In this document: positions 12,202-22,921 of the stretch, one piece after another
How positions within the stretch are numbered: the stretch's first letter is position 1
Layout: each line of letters opens with the position of its first letter
Source of the DNA: Gemmatimonadales bacterium
Lineage (GTDB): Bacteria; Gemmatimonadota; Gemmatimonadetes; Gemmatimonadales; GWC2-71-9
NCBI GenBank assembly: GCA_039794085.1
Contig: JBDIWC010000016.1
Coordinates: 12,375-76,374, forward strand
Direction: 5' to 3'
DNA length: 64,000 nucleotides
The notes under the pieces: model-generated
What the model saw: the letters and a program-made list of their open reading frames with translations, nothing else
What the model was told of the DNA's origin: nothing
The model's database searches: none
Position numbers and translations under genes: made by a program

Positions 12202-12942
12202 TCAGGACACCATGCCCCCGTCGACCACGAGCACCTGGCCCGTGATGTACGAGGCATGCTCGGAGGCCAGAAAGACCGTCATCGAGGCGATGTCCTCGGG
12301 ACGCCCCAGGCGGCCGAGCGGGATACGGTCTAATAACGCCGCCCGGGCCGCGTCCGGCAAGGCAGCGGTCATGTCGGTCTCGATGAACCCCGGGGCGATG
12401 CAATTGGCGAGGATGTTCCGGCTCGCGTATTCCTTGGCCACGCTCCGGGTGAATCCGATCAGGCCGGCCTTGCTTGCGGCGTAGTTGGCCTGTCCCGGAT
12501 TGCCGGTGAGGCCCACCACGCTGGTGATGTTGATGATGCGACCGGCCCGCCGCTTCATCATCCCTTTCACGACCAGGCGGGTGGTATGGAATGCGCCCCG
12601 GAGATTGGCGTTCATGACGTCGTCCCACTCCTCCTCGGTCAGACGCAGCAGGAGGTTGTCGCGGGTCAGACCGGCGTTGTTGACCAGAATGGACACCGGG
12701 CCCAGCTCCCCCTCCACCCTCCGAACGGCCGCCTCGATCTGGGAGGCCTCCCGCACATCACATCCCACTCCCAGGGTGCCCTCCCCGATCGCGGCGGCCA
12801 CGCTCGCGGCCGTTCCGACCTCCCGGCCGGTGATGGCCACCCGGGCACCGGCCCGGTGCAGGGCCGAGGCGGTGGCGAGGCCGATGCCGCGAGTGCCCCC
12901 GGTGACGAACGCCACCTGGCCCGAGAGATCGATCGTCATCAT
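12202..12942 (-). CDS. fabG: 3-oxoacyl-ACP reductase
   Basis: VTGGTRGIG, LVNNAGLTRD, NYAASKAG, YITGQVLVVDGG; ATG overlaps the fabD stop. Confidence 0.96.
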   Translation of the reverse strand: MMTIDLSGQVAFVTGGTRGIGLATASALHRAGARVAITGREVGTAASVAAAIGEGTLGVGCDVREASQIEAAVRRVEGELGPVSILVNNAGLTRDNLLLRLTEEEWDDVMNANLRGAFHTTRLVVKGMMKRRAGRIINITSVVGLTGNPGQANYAASKAGLIGFTRSVAKEYASRNILANCIAPGFIETDMTAALPDAARAALLDRIPLGRLGRPEDIASMTVFLASEHASYITGQVLVVDGGMVS

Positions 12943-13868
12943 GCCAGAAACGCCTCCACGTCCGCGACGGTTCCGAGGGAGGTCACCGAGCGCTCTCCTA
13001 GGATGCGCTTGACGAGACCGGCGAGGACCGTGCCCGGCCCGAGCTCCACGAACCGGGCGCCGGGCCCGGCCAGCTCCGCCATGCGCTCGACACACTGGAC
13101 CCAGCGCACCGGGGCCGTGAGCTGCTCGGCCAGGAGGGCGGTGGCGCGTGCCGCATCCCGCACCGGTTCGGCGGTGGCGTTGGCCACGACAGGGAAACGG
13201 GGATCGTCCATTTTCTGATCCGCCAGCGCCACGCGAAGCCCGGGCACCGCGGCGGCCATGAGGGGGGAGTGGAAGGCCCCGCTCACCTTGAGCGGCAGGA
13301 CCCGACGGGCCCCCGCCCGTTTGCAACCCTCTCCCGCGCGTTCCACCGCCTCGGGATTGCCGGAGATCACGGTCTGGTCCGGCGCATTGAGGTTGGCGGC
13401 GACGACCACGGACCCGTCCCGGCTTTCCGCGGAACACACCTCTTCCACGGCGGAGCTGGCAAGCCCGAGAACGGCCGCCATGGTTCCGGGCCGCTCGGTG
13501 CCGGCCTGGTGCATGAGCTCCCCCCGGCGGCGGACCAGGCGCGCGGCCTCGGTGGCCGAGAGGGAACCGGCGGCGACGTAGGCGCTGTACTCGCCGAGAC
13601 TGTGCCCCGCGGCCGCGACCACCGAACCAAGCCGATCGGCCACCACGGCCAGGACGGCCACCGAGTGGGCCAGGATGGCGGGTTGGGCATGGCGGGTCTG
13701 GAGCAGATCGGATTCGGGGCCATCCCACATGACACGCGACAAGGGTTCCTCCAGCGCGTCATCGATGGCGGCGAACGTGTCCCGGGCCACCGGGAAATGC
13801 TCCGCCAAGTCCTTCCCCATGCCCACCCTCTGCGCCCCCTGGCCGGGGAACAGCAGCACCGTTACCAC
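12939..13868 (-). CDS. fabD: Malonyl-CoA:ACP transacylase
   Basis: LFPGQGAQ, GHSLGEYSA, VSGAFHSPLM, PVRW. Confidence 0.96.
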   Translation of the reverse strand: MVTVLLFPGQGAQRVGMGKDLAEHFPVARDTFAAIDDALEEPLSRVMWDGPESDLLQTRHAQPAILAHSVAVLAVVADRLGSVVAAAGHSLGEYSAYVAAGSLSATEAARLVRRRGELMHQAGTERPGTMAAVLGLASSAVEEVCSAESRDGSVVVAANLNAPDQTVISGNPEAVERAGEGCKRAGARRVLPLKVSGAFHSPLMAAAVPGLRVALADQKMDDPRFPVVANATAEPVRDAARATALLAEQLTAPVRWVQCVERMAELAGPGARFVELGPGTVLAGLVKRILGERSVTSLGTVADVEAFLA

Positions 13869-14854
13869 CGGATCACCGCGGCTCCCCAGGTGAACCCGGC
13901 CCCGAAGGACACGACGAGGATCAGAGAGTCCCGGCGCAGACGTCCCTCGCACTGGGCCTGGTGGAGGGCCAGGGGGATGGAGGCGGTGGAGGTGTTGCCG
14001 TACCGATCCACGTTCACCATGACCTTGTCCATCGGGATGCCGGCATGGCGCGCGGTGGCCTCCATGATCCGAACGTTGGCCTGATGGGGGACGAGCAGCT
14101 CGATGTCGTCCACGCCCACTCCGGCCCGGGCCAGGGCGTCCTCACACGCGGTGGCCATCGCGAGCACGGCGGCCTTGAACACCTCCCGCCCCTTCATCTT
14201 CATGAACTGGGATCGTGCGTCCACGACCTGGTGGCTGATGGGGTCGGCGCTCCCCCCCCCCGGAATGCAGAGCAGGTCGAGAAGGGTTCCGTCACCTCCG
14301 AGCACGCAACTGACCACGCCCCGTGGTCCGCCGTCGGCCGGCCGGACCAGGGTTGCGCCGGCGCCATCTCCGAAGAGAATGGCCGTGGACCGGTCCTCCA
14401 TGTCGGTGATGGTGCTCAGCTTCTCACCCCCGATGACCAGGATGTTCCGGGCCCGGCCCGCCGCGATGAACCCTTCGGCGATCGCGAGGGAATAGATCCA
14501 CCCCGGGCACGCCGCGGCCACGTCGAAAGGAATGGCCTGACGGGCGCCCAGCATCGCCTGGATCTCGCAGGCGGTGGAGGGGAGACGGTGGTCCGGAGTC
14601 ACCGTCCCCAGAATGATGGCATCCACCTCGGACGCGTCCACACCCGCCGCGTCCAGAGCTTCCCGGGACGCATCGGTGCAGAGCGAGGCCAGGGAGGTCT
14701 CGGGGCCGGCCCACCGGCGCTCCCGGATCCCGGTCCGGTCCACGATCCACTGATCGTTGGTGTCGAGCCTGGCTTCGAAATCGCGGTTGGTGACGACCCG
14801 GTCCGGCACGGCGATGCCGATCCCGTCGATCCGGCAGATCGGTGTGGCGCTCAT
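13862..14854 (-). CDS. fabH: 3-oxoacyl-ACP synthase III
   Basis: RTGIRERR, AAC, LFGDGAGA, PHQAN, YGNTSTASIP, FGAGFTWG. Confidence 0.96.
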   Translation of the reverse strand: MSATPICRIDGIGIAVPDRVVTNRDFEARLDTNDQWIVDRTGIRERRWAGPETSLASLCTDASREALDAAGVDASEVDAIILGTVTPDHRLPSTACEIQAMLGARQAIPFDVAAACPGWIYSLAIAEGFIAAGRARNILVIGGEKLSTITDMEDRSTAILFGDGAGATLVRPADGGPRGVVSCVLGGDGTLLDLLCIPGGGSADPISHQVVDARSQFMKMKGREVFKAAVLAMATACEDALARAGVGVDDIELLVPHQANVRIMEATARHAGIPMDKVMVNVDRYGNTSTASIPLALHQAQCEGRLRRDSLILVVSFGAGFTWGAAVIRW

Positions 14855-15864
14855 GGGGAGGGCTCCGGGGCCTCGTGAAGGCTGAACTCGGCTTTGATAT
14901 GGGCGTCGAGGTCGGACTCGACTGACTGCACCGCGACGCGGATCGCATGCTTGATGGCGTTGGCCGGGGAGGATCCGTGACACACGATGGAGACTCCGCG
15001 GATCCCGAGGAGGGGTGCCCCGCCATATTGGGAATAGTCGAGCATGCCCAGTGCTTCGCGGACATCCTCGCGTTGGAGCAATCCCGGAACCCGTCCCAGA
15101 AGGCGGTTGATCATGTGAATGACGGATTCGTAGAACTTGAGCACCGCGTTTCCGACGTGGCCGTCACAGATCACCACATCGACCGGACCGTGCCGCGGAT
15201 GGCCCGGCAGGATGTCGCGACCTTCGATGTTGCCCAGATACCGGATCCGGGGCGCGGACCGGAGAAGCCGGTGAGCCTGCTTCACCACGCTCCCTCCCTT
15301 TTCGTCCTCCTCGCCGACATTGAGAAGACCGACGCCGGGATTGTCCCGCCGCAACACATCACGCATGTAGGCGCTGCCCAGGTAGGAAAAGTTGACCAGC
15401 TCCCGCGCGGAACAGTCGACGTTGGCGCCGGCATCCAGCAGGAGCACGGGGCGGTCCGCGGTGGGAAGGAGAGCGCCCACCGAGGCACGATCGACGCCGT
15501 CGTGGAGCCCCAGCAACATCGTGGACCCCGCGAGGAGTGCCCCGGTGTTGCCGGCGGACACGAAGGCGTCCGAGCGACCCTCGGCCTGCATCTGGAGACC
15601 CACCGCGAGGCTCGACTTCGGCTTGCGACGCATCGCGGTCAGCGGCTTCTCGCCCATGCCGATGACGTCGGGGGCTTCATGAACTTCGATGCGGGAACGA
15701 TCGACAGCGGGGTGGCGCGACAACTCCGCCTCCAGGACGTCCGTCGGCCCGACGAGTTGTACGAGAAAACCCGGTGGCAGGTCCCGGAGGGCGCGGAGAG
15801 CGCCCTCGACCTCCACCCCGGGTGCACTGTCTCCGCCCATCGCGTCGAGCGCGACGCGGATCAC
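14851..15864 (-). CDS. plsX: Phosphate acyltransferase PlsX
   Basis: ALDAMGGD, SAGNTGAL, LLDAGAN, GLLNVGEEDEKG, YGGAPLLG, CHGSS. Confidence 0.95.
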   Translation of the reverse strand: MIRVALDAMGGDSAPGVEVEGALRALRDLPPGFLVQLVGPTDVLEAELSRHPAVDRSRIEVHEAPDVIGMGEKPLTAMRRKPKSSLAVGLQMQAEGRSDAFVSAGNTGALLAGSTMLLGLHDGVDRASVGALLPTADRPVLLLDAGANVDCSARELVNFSYLGSAYMRDVLRRDNPGVGLLNVGEEDEKGGSVVKQAHRLLRSAPRIRYLGNIEGRDILPGHPRHGPVDVVICDGHVGNAVLKFYESVIHMINRLLGRVPGLLQREDVREALGMLDYSQYGGAPLLGIRGVSIVCHGSSPANAIKHAIRVAVQSVESDLDAHIKAEFSLHEAPEPSP

Positions 15865-15866
15865 GG

Positions 15867-16049
15867 TCAGCTGTCCTCGACCTCGAGCCGCTTGACCCCG
15901 CCGTAATACCCGCACGAGGGGCATACGCGGTGGCTCCGCTTGGGGGAACCGCAGCGGGCGCACCCCTGAGGGGCGACCGAGGCGGCGTGATGATGCCCGC
16001 GGCGAAGTCGTTTCCGGGACTTCGAGGTTCTGCGCTTGGGAACCGCCAT
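15867..16049 (-). CDS. rpmF: 50S ribosomal protein L32 (zinc-binding form)
   Basis: MAVPKRRTSKSR, CARC...HRVCPSCGYY. Confidence 0.97.
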   Translation of the reverse strand: MAVPKRRTSKSRKRLRRGHHHAASVAPQGCARCGSPKRSHRVCPSCGYYGGVKRLEVEDS

Positions 16050-16051
16050 AG

Positions 16052-16528
16052 CTACCTCACTTCAGGGTCATCCGGGGCTCCACAGCGGCACGCCCCGTCG
16101 TTCAGATCCATACCGCACCGGGCACACAGACCGGCGCACGACTCCCGGCACAGCGGGAAAGGCGGCACCAGAAGCGCCAGTTCCTCCCGTACCGCCACCC
16201 CGAGATCGAGCGCGGTCATTGCCGGGTCCACCGGGTACACGGCCGGATCGGACTCCAGGTCGGGGTCGGAACTGAAAACGACGCGGATTTCCCCGTCGAT
16301 CCCGGTCCGGACCTCTTCCAGACACCTCCGGCAGATTCCGGTCACCACCCCGCTGAGGGTGGCCTCCCAGATGTGATTTCCATGGGCCGCCCGGGCCACC
16401 ACTCCCTGAACCGTGAGCGGGCCATCCAGAGGGACATCCAGGCCTTCAAACGCCTCATGATCGGGCGCCAGAACGAAATCAGTCCGAACCGGCCCCCGGA
16501 GGAGGTCTCGAATGTCAATCCGGAGCAT
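16052..16528 (-). CDS. yceD: DUF177/YceD family protein
   Basis: CRRCL and LCRESCAGLCARCGMDLN; canonical position upstream of rpmF. Confidence 0.9.
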   Translation of the reverse strand: MLRIDIRDLLRGPVRTDFVLAPDHEAFEGLDVPLDGPLTVQGVVARAAHGNHIWEATLSGVVTGICRRCLEEVRTGIDGEIRVVFSSDPDLESDPAVYPVDPAMTALDLGVAVREELALLVPPFPLCRESCAGLCARCGMDLNDGACRCGAPDDPEVR

Positions 16529-16536
16529 AGCCTCTA

Positions 16537-16565
16537 AACATACGCAGCCACACGCCTTATGGCAA
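16537..16565 (-). promoter_or_regulatory. Sigma70-like promoter of the yceD-rpmF-plsX-fab operon
   Basis: TTGCCA-N17-TATGTT, 8 nt before the yceD ATG. Confidence 0.55.
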
Positions 16566-16578
16566 CTGAACCAGGGGA

Positions 16579-17010
16579 TCAGCCCGCCAATCGGGCCAGT
16601 TCCCCTTCCGGGAAGAAAAAGCCGATTTCCCGTCTGGCGTTCTCATCACTGTCCGACCCATGCACGGCATTCCGCCCCTTGGATTCAGCGTACAGCTTCC
16701 GGATGGTGCCCTCGGCGGCCTCGGCCGGATCGGTGGCCCCGATGGTGGCGCGGAAGGCCGAGACGGCATCCATGGCTTCCAGGGCCATCGGAAGGCAGGG
16801 GCCGCTGGTCATGAATTCCACCAGTTCTTCGAAGAAGGGGCGGCCCCGGTGTACCTCATAGAACGCCTCCGCCTGGGCCCGGTCCAGTCGGACCAGGCGG
16901 ACCGCCCGGATCCGGAAACCCGCGCGCTCAATATGAGCCAGGATCAGCCCCGTTTTTCCGGAAGCGACGCCGTCCGGCTTGACGATTCCCAGAGTATCAT
17001 GACCAGCCAT
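16579..17010 (-). CDS. ndk: Nucleoside diphosphate kinase
   Basis: [34 protein letters not shown] at 17010 follows a GGAG RBS. Confidence 0.97.
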   Translation of the reverse strand: MAGHDTLGIVKPDGVASGKTGLILAHIERAGFRIRAVRLVRLDRAQAEAFYEVHRGRPFFEELVEFMTSGPCLPMALEAMDAVSAFRATIGATDPAEAAEGTIRKLYAESKGRNAVHGSDSDENARREIGFFFPEGELARLAG

Positions 17011-17053
17011 GTCCGTCGGCTCCCGCAAAGAATGGGTGAACGAAATCAAAAGG

Positions 17054-17926
17054 TCAGAGACCAAGGCGCTCGCGAACCATCCGGACCACGTCGACCGGGC
17101 GCTCCATGACGGAGATGCCGGCCTCCCGAAACGCGGTCAGCTTCTCCTCCGCCGTCCCCGACGATCCCGAGATGATGGCTCCGGCGTGACCCATCCGTCG
17201 CCCCTTCGGGGCGGTTTGTCCCGCGATGAACCCGATCACCGGTTTGGAGGTGTTTTCGCGGACCCAGGCCGCGGCCTGCTGCTCGTCGGTGCCACCGATC
17301 TCGCCCATCATGACGATGGCATCCGTGCCCGGGTCGGTCGCGAAGGCCTGGAGCACATCGATGAAATTGGTGCCGATGATCGGATCCCCCCCGATCCCGA
17401 CGCACGTACTTTGACCGAGCCCCTGGCGCGTCAGGTGATTCACCACTTCATAGGTCAGCGTGCCGCTCCGCGAGACCAGCCCGATGCGGCCGGGGGCGCA
17501 GATGTTCCCCGGGATGATTCCGACCTTGGCCACGCCCGGAGTGATGAGTCCCGGACAATTGGGTCCGATCAGGCGAACGCCCCTCTCGCGGACATAGGGC
17601 ATCACCCGCGTCATGTCCATGACCGGGACACCCTCGGTGATGCACACGATGAGACTCACGCCGGCATCGGCGGCCTCGTAGATGGCTCCGGCGGCCAGGG
17701 CCGCGGGAACATAAATGACCGACGTGTTGGCCCCGGTGTGCGCCACCGCATCGGCCACGGTGTTGAACACGGGGACCGTCTCGAACTGTTGCCCTCCCTT
17801 CCCCGGTGTGACTCCCGCCACGACGGGTGTTCCATACTCCAGCATCTGCCGGGCGTGGAAGGACCCTTCGCGGCCGGTGATGCCCTGGATGACGAGCCGG
17901 GTGGATTCGGTGACGAAGATGCTCAT
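17054..17926 (-). CDS. sucD: Succinyl-CoA synthetase alpha subunit
   Basis: [30 protein letters not shown]. Confidence 0.98.
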   Translation of the reverse strand: MSIFVTESTRLVIQGITGREGSFHARQMLEYGTPVVAGVTPGKGGQQFETVPVFNTVADAVAHTGANTSVIYVPAALAAGAIYEAADAGVSLIVCITEGVPVMDMTRVMPYVRERGVRLIGPNCPGLITPGVAKVGIIPGNICAPGRIGLVSRSGTLTYEVVNHLTRQGLGQSTCVGIGGDPIIGTNFIDVLQAFATDPGTDAIVMMGEIGGTDEQQAAAWVRENTSKPVIGFIAGQTAPKGRRMGHAGAIISGSSGTAEEKLTAFREAGISVMERPVDVVRMVRERLGL

Positions 17927-19062
17927 GCGACCCCCTGCGCCAAGGTGACGACGCGCTCCACCGCCTCGTCCATGTCGTTCAACGCGGTCATGCCGGCCGC
18001 CTCCAGGATGGTGAGGGCCTCGGCCTCGTTGGTCCCGGTCAGCCGGATGACGATGGGAACCGGGACGGAAAAGGACCGGGTGGCCGCGACGATGCCATTG
18101 GCCACGTCATCGGTCCGGGTGATGCCACCGAAGATGTTGAAGAGGATCGCCCGCACCGAGGGATCGCGGGTGATGATTTTGAGGGCGTTGATGACTTTCT
18201 CGGGATTCGAGCTGCCCCCGATGTCGAGGAAATTGGCCGGTTCCCCCCCGTAGTACTTCACCAGGTCCATGGTGGCCATCGCCAGGCCGGCCCCGTTCAC
18301 CACGCAGCCGACATTGCCATCCAGCTTGATGAAGGAGAGTCCCGCATTCCGGGCTTCCACCTCGCTCGGATCCTCGGCGGAGAGATCCCGCAGGGCAGCC
18401 AGATCGGGCCGGCGATCGAGTTCGTTGTCGTCGATGGTGATCTTGGCGTCCAGCGCCACCACGTCACCGGCCGGCGTCGTGACCAGGGGATTGATCTCCG
18501 CCAGGGAGGCACCGTTCGAGACGAACACCTCATACAGCTGCTGGAGGATGCGAGCCGCGGCGCGCACCTGGGCAAAGGAGTCATACAGACAGAAGGCGAG
18601 GCCCAATGCCTGGTGCGGCAGGAGGCCGTAGCGGGGGTCCACTCCCAGCCGCGTGATCTTGTCAGGGGTGGTTGCGGCGACCTCTTCGATGTCCACACCG
18701 CCCGCGGGGCTGACCATGAACACCGGTCGCTGCGTCTCCCGGTCCATGATGATGCCCACGTAGCTCTCGCTCGCGATATCGGCGGCCGGCGCCACAAGCA
18801 CCCTCTCGACCGTCAACCCCTTGATGCTCATGCCGAGGATGGCCTCCCCATGCCGCCGGGCTTCCGCACTGGTGGACGCCAGCTTCACGCCACCGGCCTT
18901 CCCGCGTCCTCCGGTGTGGACCTGGGCCTTGACCACCACGGGCCGGCCAAGCCGCCGGGCGATCGATTCGACCTCGTCCGGGGTGCTGGCAACATCGCCA
19001 TCCGGGACCGGGATGCCCGCCGCCTTGAGCAGGGCCCGCGCCTGATACTCGTGCAGGTTCAC
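17923..19062 (-). CDS. sucC: Succinyl-CoA synthetase beta subunit
   Basis: [40 protein letters not shown]. Confidence 0.98.
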   Translation of the reverse strand: MNLHEYQARALLKAAGIPVPDGDVASTPDEVESIARRLGRPVVVKAQVHTGGRGKAGGVKLASTSAEARRHGEAILGMSIKGLTVERVLVAPAADIASESYVGIIMDRETQRPVFMVSPAGGVDIEEVAATTPDKITRLGVDPRYGLLPHQALGLAFCLYDSFAQVRAAARILQQLYEVFVSNGASLAEINPLVTTPAGDVVALDAKITIDDNELDRRPDLAALRDLSAEDPSEVEARNAGLSFIKLDGNVGCVVNGAGLAMATMDLVKYYGGEPANFLDIGGSSNPEKVINALKIITRDPSVRAILFNIFGGITRTDDVANGIVAATRSFSVPVPIVIRLTGTNEAEALTILEAAGMTALNDMDEAVERVVTLAQGVA

Positions 19063-19125
19063 GCTGGACCTCGAGTGAGGGTGTGAAACAGGTGCGCCAT
19101 CCTTCTCCGGTGACGCGGCGCGCGT

Positions 19126-19154
19126 AAGGTAGTCCGACCACCCATCGCCTACAA
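19126..19154 (-). promoter_or_regulatory. Sigma70-like promoter of sucC-sucD-ndk
   Basis: TTGTAG-N17-TACCTT on the minus strand. Confidence 0.45.
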
Positions 19155-19158
19155 GCGG

Positions 19159-21507
19159 CTACCGGAGCAGGAGGTCGCGCAGAGCGGTGAAGGCGCTCCC
19201 AAAGGCCGCCAGGTCGCCCCGGCGCAGGGCGGAGTCCGCCAGGTGGAGCCAGACTCGCGCCTCCAGGAGCGTGCTGTCGGGTCCCGTCGGCAGGGCCGGA
19301 TCACGCTGCCCGGCCAGCACCTCGAGCGCGCTCTCGAGGGTGCGCTCGACCCCGATGCGAGCGCCGCTGGCCGCCGAGACGGCCAGGAGAACCGGCGGAC
19401 CATCGGACGGCACGGCGTACCAGGGTTGGTAAGCGAGCAGGGTGTTTCCGGAGACCTGGTATCGCAGCCCCCCGCGAAGGGCCCGTCCCCCCGAGGCCAG
19501 GACCGAGTCCCGCATCTGGCGGAGGAGCGGATTGCGATTCCATCGTGGCTCCAGGGACTCCGGAGTCAGGCCCCGCATGACCGAGTCGACCGGATGGTAT
19601 CGTGGCCCTCCCTGCTCGCCGAGGCCCGCTCCCGGAGGAAGGAGCACTCCCCGCAACAGGGTGTGGTCGGCCGTGCCAATGCCGAGACCGCCGATCTCCG
19701 CCCCCGCGAGCGGCGATCCGAACAGGTGGGCCTGAAGTTCGAGCACCCCACCGGGATACCGCGCGATCCGTTCCAGTTCCGAGGGGATGTCACTGGTGGG
19801 GGAGATCATCGGAGCTGCCACCGCGGCCCAGGCGAACCCGATGGGCCCGGCGTCGGGACGGAGGTAGATCCGGACCGACCCCTCCTCGGCTCCGATCACC
19901 GCGAGAAACTCTGCGCGGGCAAAGGCCACGACCTCTCCCCTCCACAACAGCCGCCGGCTGGCCGGGAGGATGGGAGCGGTGACGACACCATCCACGAGCC
20001 AGACCGGCTTCCCCTCCAGAAGAACCAGCTCCGGTCTCACCCAGTCGGCAAACGGGGCCACGGTCCGGAGCCGGTCCACCGGATCGAGGTGCCAGATGAC
20101 CCGAGCCCCGGGATCGGCCGAAACGATGCCACCCTCCTGAAGAACCCAGGCCAGGAGAAGGCGCCGAGGCCAGGAGCCTGCGGGCACTCCGCGCCCGGCC
20201 GCGGAATCGGGGAGGATCGCATGGGCCGGAGCCCCTGGCCGGATCGTGCCAGGACCCAGGAGGGGTTGGTCTCCTGCGGCCACGGCAGGAAGTACCGGGG
20301 TCCCATCGCGTGCCACCTGATCGTCGGGGATTTGGCGGACGTCGAATCGGGTTCCATTGCCCCGGTTCACCAGAACCCACCAGGCGGGGCTCGGGACATC
20401 CGCGGTCGTCCGGCCGCGGTTGGCCCACTCGACCCGGTGAGAATCGGCTGCCGGAAGGGATCGCATGACCTGGTCCCGGTCCCACAACGCTCCCGGAGGC
20501 GTTGAGGCGGGCACCGATCCGGGCCATGGCCGAAGAGTATCGCCCAGCACCCGGGTGTCGACTCCGTATGCCGCGCGCTCGATGCGCCACCGGGCATCGA
20601 GCCAGGTGGCGTCGCCCGATCCCCCACTCGGAAAATTGGGAGGAGCGAGAAACCGGACGATCACCATGGCGGCGAGGAGGACGAGCCAGGAGGCGACCGC
20701 CGTCATGTGTGTGGCCCGGAATCCCCAGGCCAGGGTCAGGGCCGCCACCGCGCCCGCGGCACCGGCAAGGACGAGGGCGGTGGTTTCATGGAGTCGCACT
20801 TGGGCGGGGGAAACCACCTGGGGAAATCCGCCGGCCACTTCGGCCGGGACGAGGAGGTATCCCCACGCGATGCATGCGGCCACGGTAGCCCCCAGCAGGC
20901 CGAGATGGCGTCGTGCGCTGGAGGAGACGAGCAGGTGGCCGCGACGGATCGCCAGCGCCCCTCCCAGGCCGTAGGCCACCAGAGACCCGACGGTCGCGAG
21001 GAGGACCAGGCTGACGATCGTGTCGTGGATGTGATTCCAGAGTGGAATCGCCGCCACCCAATCGCCGATGTCCCTGCCGAATGAAGGATCCCGGATTCCG
21101 AACGGGACTCCCTGCCACACCAGCACGACCTCGTCGGTCCACCGGGAAAACCCGGCTCCGGTGAGGACTGCGAGAAGAAAGGCCAGGAGGATGGTGACGC
21201 GCCGGAGCACGGGCCGGGGGATGGTGCCGAGGCGGCTGGGCCCCATCTCTCCGGACGGATCACCGGGACCCGCACGGGTCACCGCATGCAGGAAATGAAG
21301 GAGGAGCCAGGAGAATCCGATCGCGATCGCCACCGCATCCAGCGTGGTGCCGAGCAGGTGCCACCAGGTTCCAAAGGTGGCCAGGTCGGTGATCAGCGCG
21401 CTGCGCCACCAGCGTTCGACGGCGAGTGCCGCCATCCACCGCGACACCACCAGGACCCCGGCAAGACCGGCCAGCACGAGCGCGGTGCGCCGGTTCAGGG
21501 CGAACAT
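19159..21507 (-). CDS. UPF0182 family integral membrane protein (divergent)
   Basis: N-terminal TM bundle with PFGIRDPSFGRDIG; soluble domain with DRLRTVAPFA and WLVDG. Confidence 0.75.
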   Translation of the reverse strand: MFALNRRTALVLAGLAGVLVVSRWMAALAVERWWRSALITDLATFGTWWHLLGTTLDAVAIAIGFSWLLLHFLHAVTRAGPGDPSGEMGPSRLGTIPRPVLRRVTILLAFLLAVLTGAGFSRWTDEVVLVWQGVPFGIRDPSFGRDIGDWVAAIPLWNHIHDTIVSLVLLATVGSLVAYGLGGALAIRRGHLLVSSSARRHLGLLGATVAACIAWGYLLVPAEVAGGFPQVVSPAQVRLHETTALVLAGAAGAVAALTLAWGFRATHMTAVASWLVLLAAMVIVRFLAPPNFPSGGSGDATWLDARWRIERAAYGVDTRVLGDTLRPWPGSVPASTPPGALWDRDQVMRSLPAADSHRVEWANRGRTTADVPSPAWWVLVNRGNGTRFDVRQIPDDQVARDGTPVLPAVAAGDQPLLGPGTIRPGAPAHAILPDSAAGRGVPAGSWPRRLLLAWVLQEGGIVSADPGARVIWHLDPVDRLRTVAPFADWVRPELVLLEGKPVWLVDGVVTAPILPASRRLLWRGEVVAFARAEFLAVIGAEEGSVRIYLRPDAGPIGFAWAAVAAPMISPTSDIPSELERIARYPGGVLELQAHLFGSPLAGAEIGGLGIGTADHTLLRGVLLPPGAGLGEQGGPRYHPVDSVMRGLTPESLEPRWNRNPLLRQMRDSVLASGGRALRGGLRYQVSGNTLLAYQPWYAVPSDGPPVLLAVSAASGARIGVERTLESALEVLAGQRDPALPTGPDSTLLEARVWLHLADSALRRGDLAAFGSAFTALRDLLLR

Positions 21508-21510
21508 GAC

Positions 21511-22905
21511 CTACCCTGACGCCACGCCGCGAGCGGCAAGCCACGACATCACCTCGTCGCGGTATTGCTGAAGGGTCGCTTCCGTGTTCGCCTCGAACCG
21601 CGCCACCAGGACCGGTTGGGTGTTGCTGGCCCTCACGAGTCCCCACCCGTCGGGAAAGGCGATGCGAACCCCGTCGATGGTGTTGACGGGATAGCGGTCC
21701 GCGAAGACCGCGGCGGCCTCCTCCACGATGGCGAACTTGCGTTCTTCCTCGCAGGCCAGCCGGAGTTCCGGCGTGGCCACCGTGGCAGGGATGTCCGCCA
21801 GCAGAGTGGCCAATCCCCCGGGTCCGGAGGCCGTGATCTCCAGAAGGCGCGCGGCGGCGAACAGGGCGTCGTCGAAGCCGAACCAGTCCCCGCCGAAGAA
21901 GATGTGTCCACTCATCTCACCGGCCAGGGGAGCCCCCGTCTCCTGCATTTTCGCCTTGATGAGGGAATGACCCGTCTTCCACATAATCGGCTCCGCCCCG
22001 GCCGCCGTGAGGGCTGCGGGAAGGGCATTGGAGCACTTCACGTCAAAGATGACCGGGATGCCGGGACCGAACCGGCGGACCGCGTCCCGGCCGAAGAGGA
22101 TCATCAGTTGATCCCCGAAGAGGATGCGCCCGGTTTCGTCCACCGCCCCGATGCGATCACCATCTCCGTCGAAGGCGACCCCCAGTTCCGCCTGATGCCG
22201 GCGGACCGCATCCTGAAGGTCCCGGAGGTTCTCGGGCACCGTGGGGTCGGGATGATGATTGGGAAAGGTGCCATCCGACTCACAGAAGAGGGGAATGACC
22301 TCGATCCCCAGGGCCTCCAGCGTGGCGACCGCCACGAGGGAGGAGACCCCATTCCCGCAGTCCACCACAACCCGGATCGGCCGTGCGACCCGATGCCGGC
22401 TCACGATCGCCTGACGGTAGGCGTCGAGAATCCCCCCCTGCCCCTCGACGGTTCCCGCCCCGGTGTTCCAGCTCCGGGACACGATAAGATCGCGGAGACC
22501 GAGGATGGCGTCGCCGTGCATGGTCCCGGTCGCGAGCGCCAGCTTGAAGCCATTGTATTCCGGAGGATTGTGGGACCCCGTGACCTGAACTCCCGCAGCC
22601 GCCTGGAGGTGGTGTACCGCAAAATAGAGAGCGGGCGTGGGGAGCATGCCGATATCGATGGCCACTCCCCCCGCCGCGGCGATTCCTCGACACACCCCCT
22701 GGGACAAGGCCACCCCGGAGGGGCGGTTGTCCCTCCCCACCACGATCTGTGGCGGGCTCGTCACCGAAGCTCGTCGCTGAACCGCACTGCAGAAGGCTCT
22801 TCCGAGCATCGCGGCGAGAGCCGGCGTCAGTTCGCTGTCCACCAGACCGCGAACGTCATACTCCCGGAAGATATGGCGCGGAGGCACCGTCGTATGCTCG
22901 GTCAT
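21511..22905 (-). CDS. Phosphomannomutase/phosphoglucomutase
   Basis: IFREYDVRG, TGSHNPPEYNG, FDGDGDRIG, GEMSGH, RASNTQP. Confidence 0.95.
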   Translation of the reverse strand: MTEHTTVPPRHIFREYDVRGLVDSELTPALAAMLGRAFCSAVQRRASVTSPPQIVVGRDNRPSGVALSQGVCRGIAAAGGVAIDIGMLPTPALYFAVHHLQAAAGVQVTGSHNPPEYNGFKLALATGTMHGDAILGLRDLIVSRSWNTGAGTVEGQGGILDAYRQAIVSRHRVARPIRVVVDCGNGVSSLVAVATLEALGIEVIPLFCESDGTFPNHHPDPTVPENLRDLQDAVRRHQAELGVAFDGDGDRIGAVDETGRILFGDQLMILFGRDAVRRFGPGIPVIFDVKCSNALPAALTAAGAEPIMWKTGHSLIKAKMQETGAPLAGEMSGHIFFGGDWFGFDDALFAAARLLEITASGPGGLATLLADIPATVATPELRLACEEERKFAIVEEAAAVFADRYPVNTIDGVRIAFPDGWGLVRASNTQPVLVARFEANTEATLQQYRDEVMSWLAARGVASG

Positions 22906-22921
22906 GATCCCCTCCGTTGGT

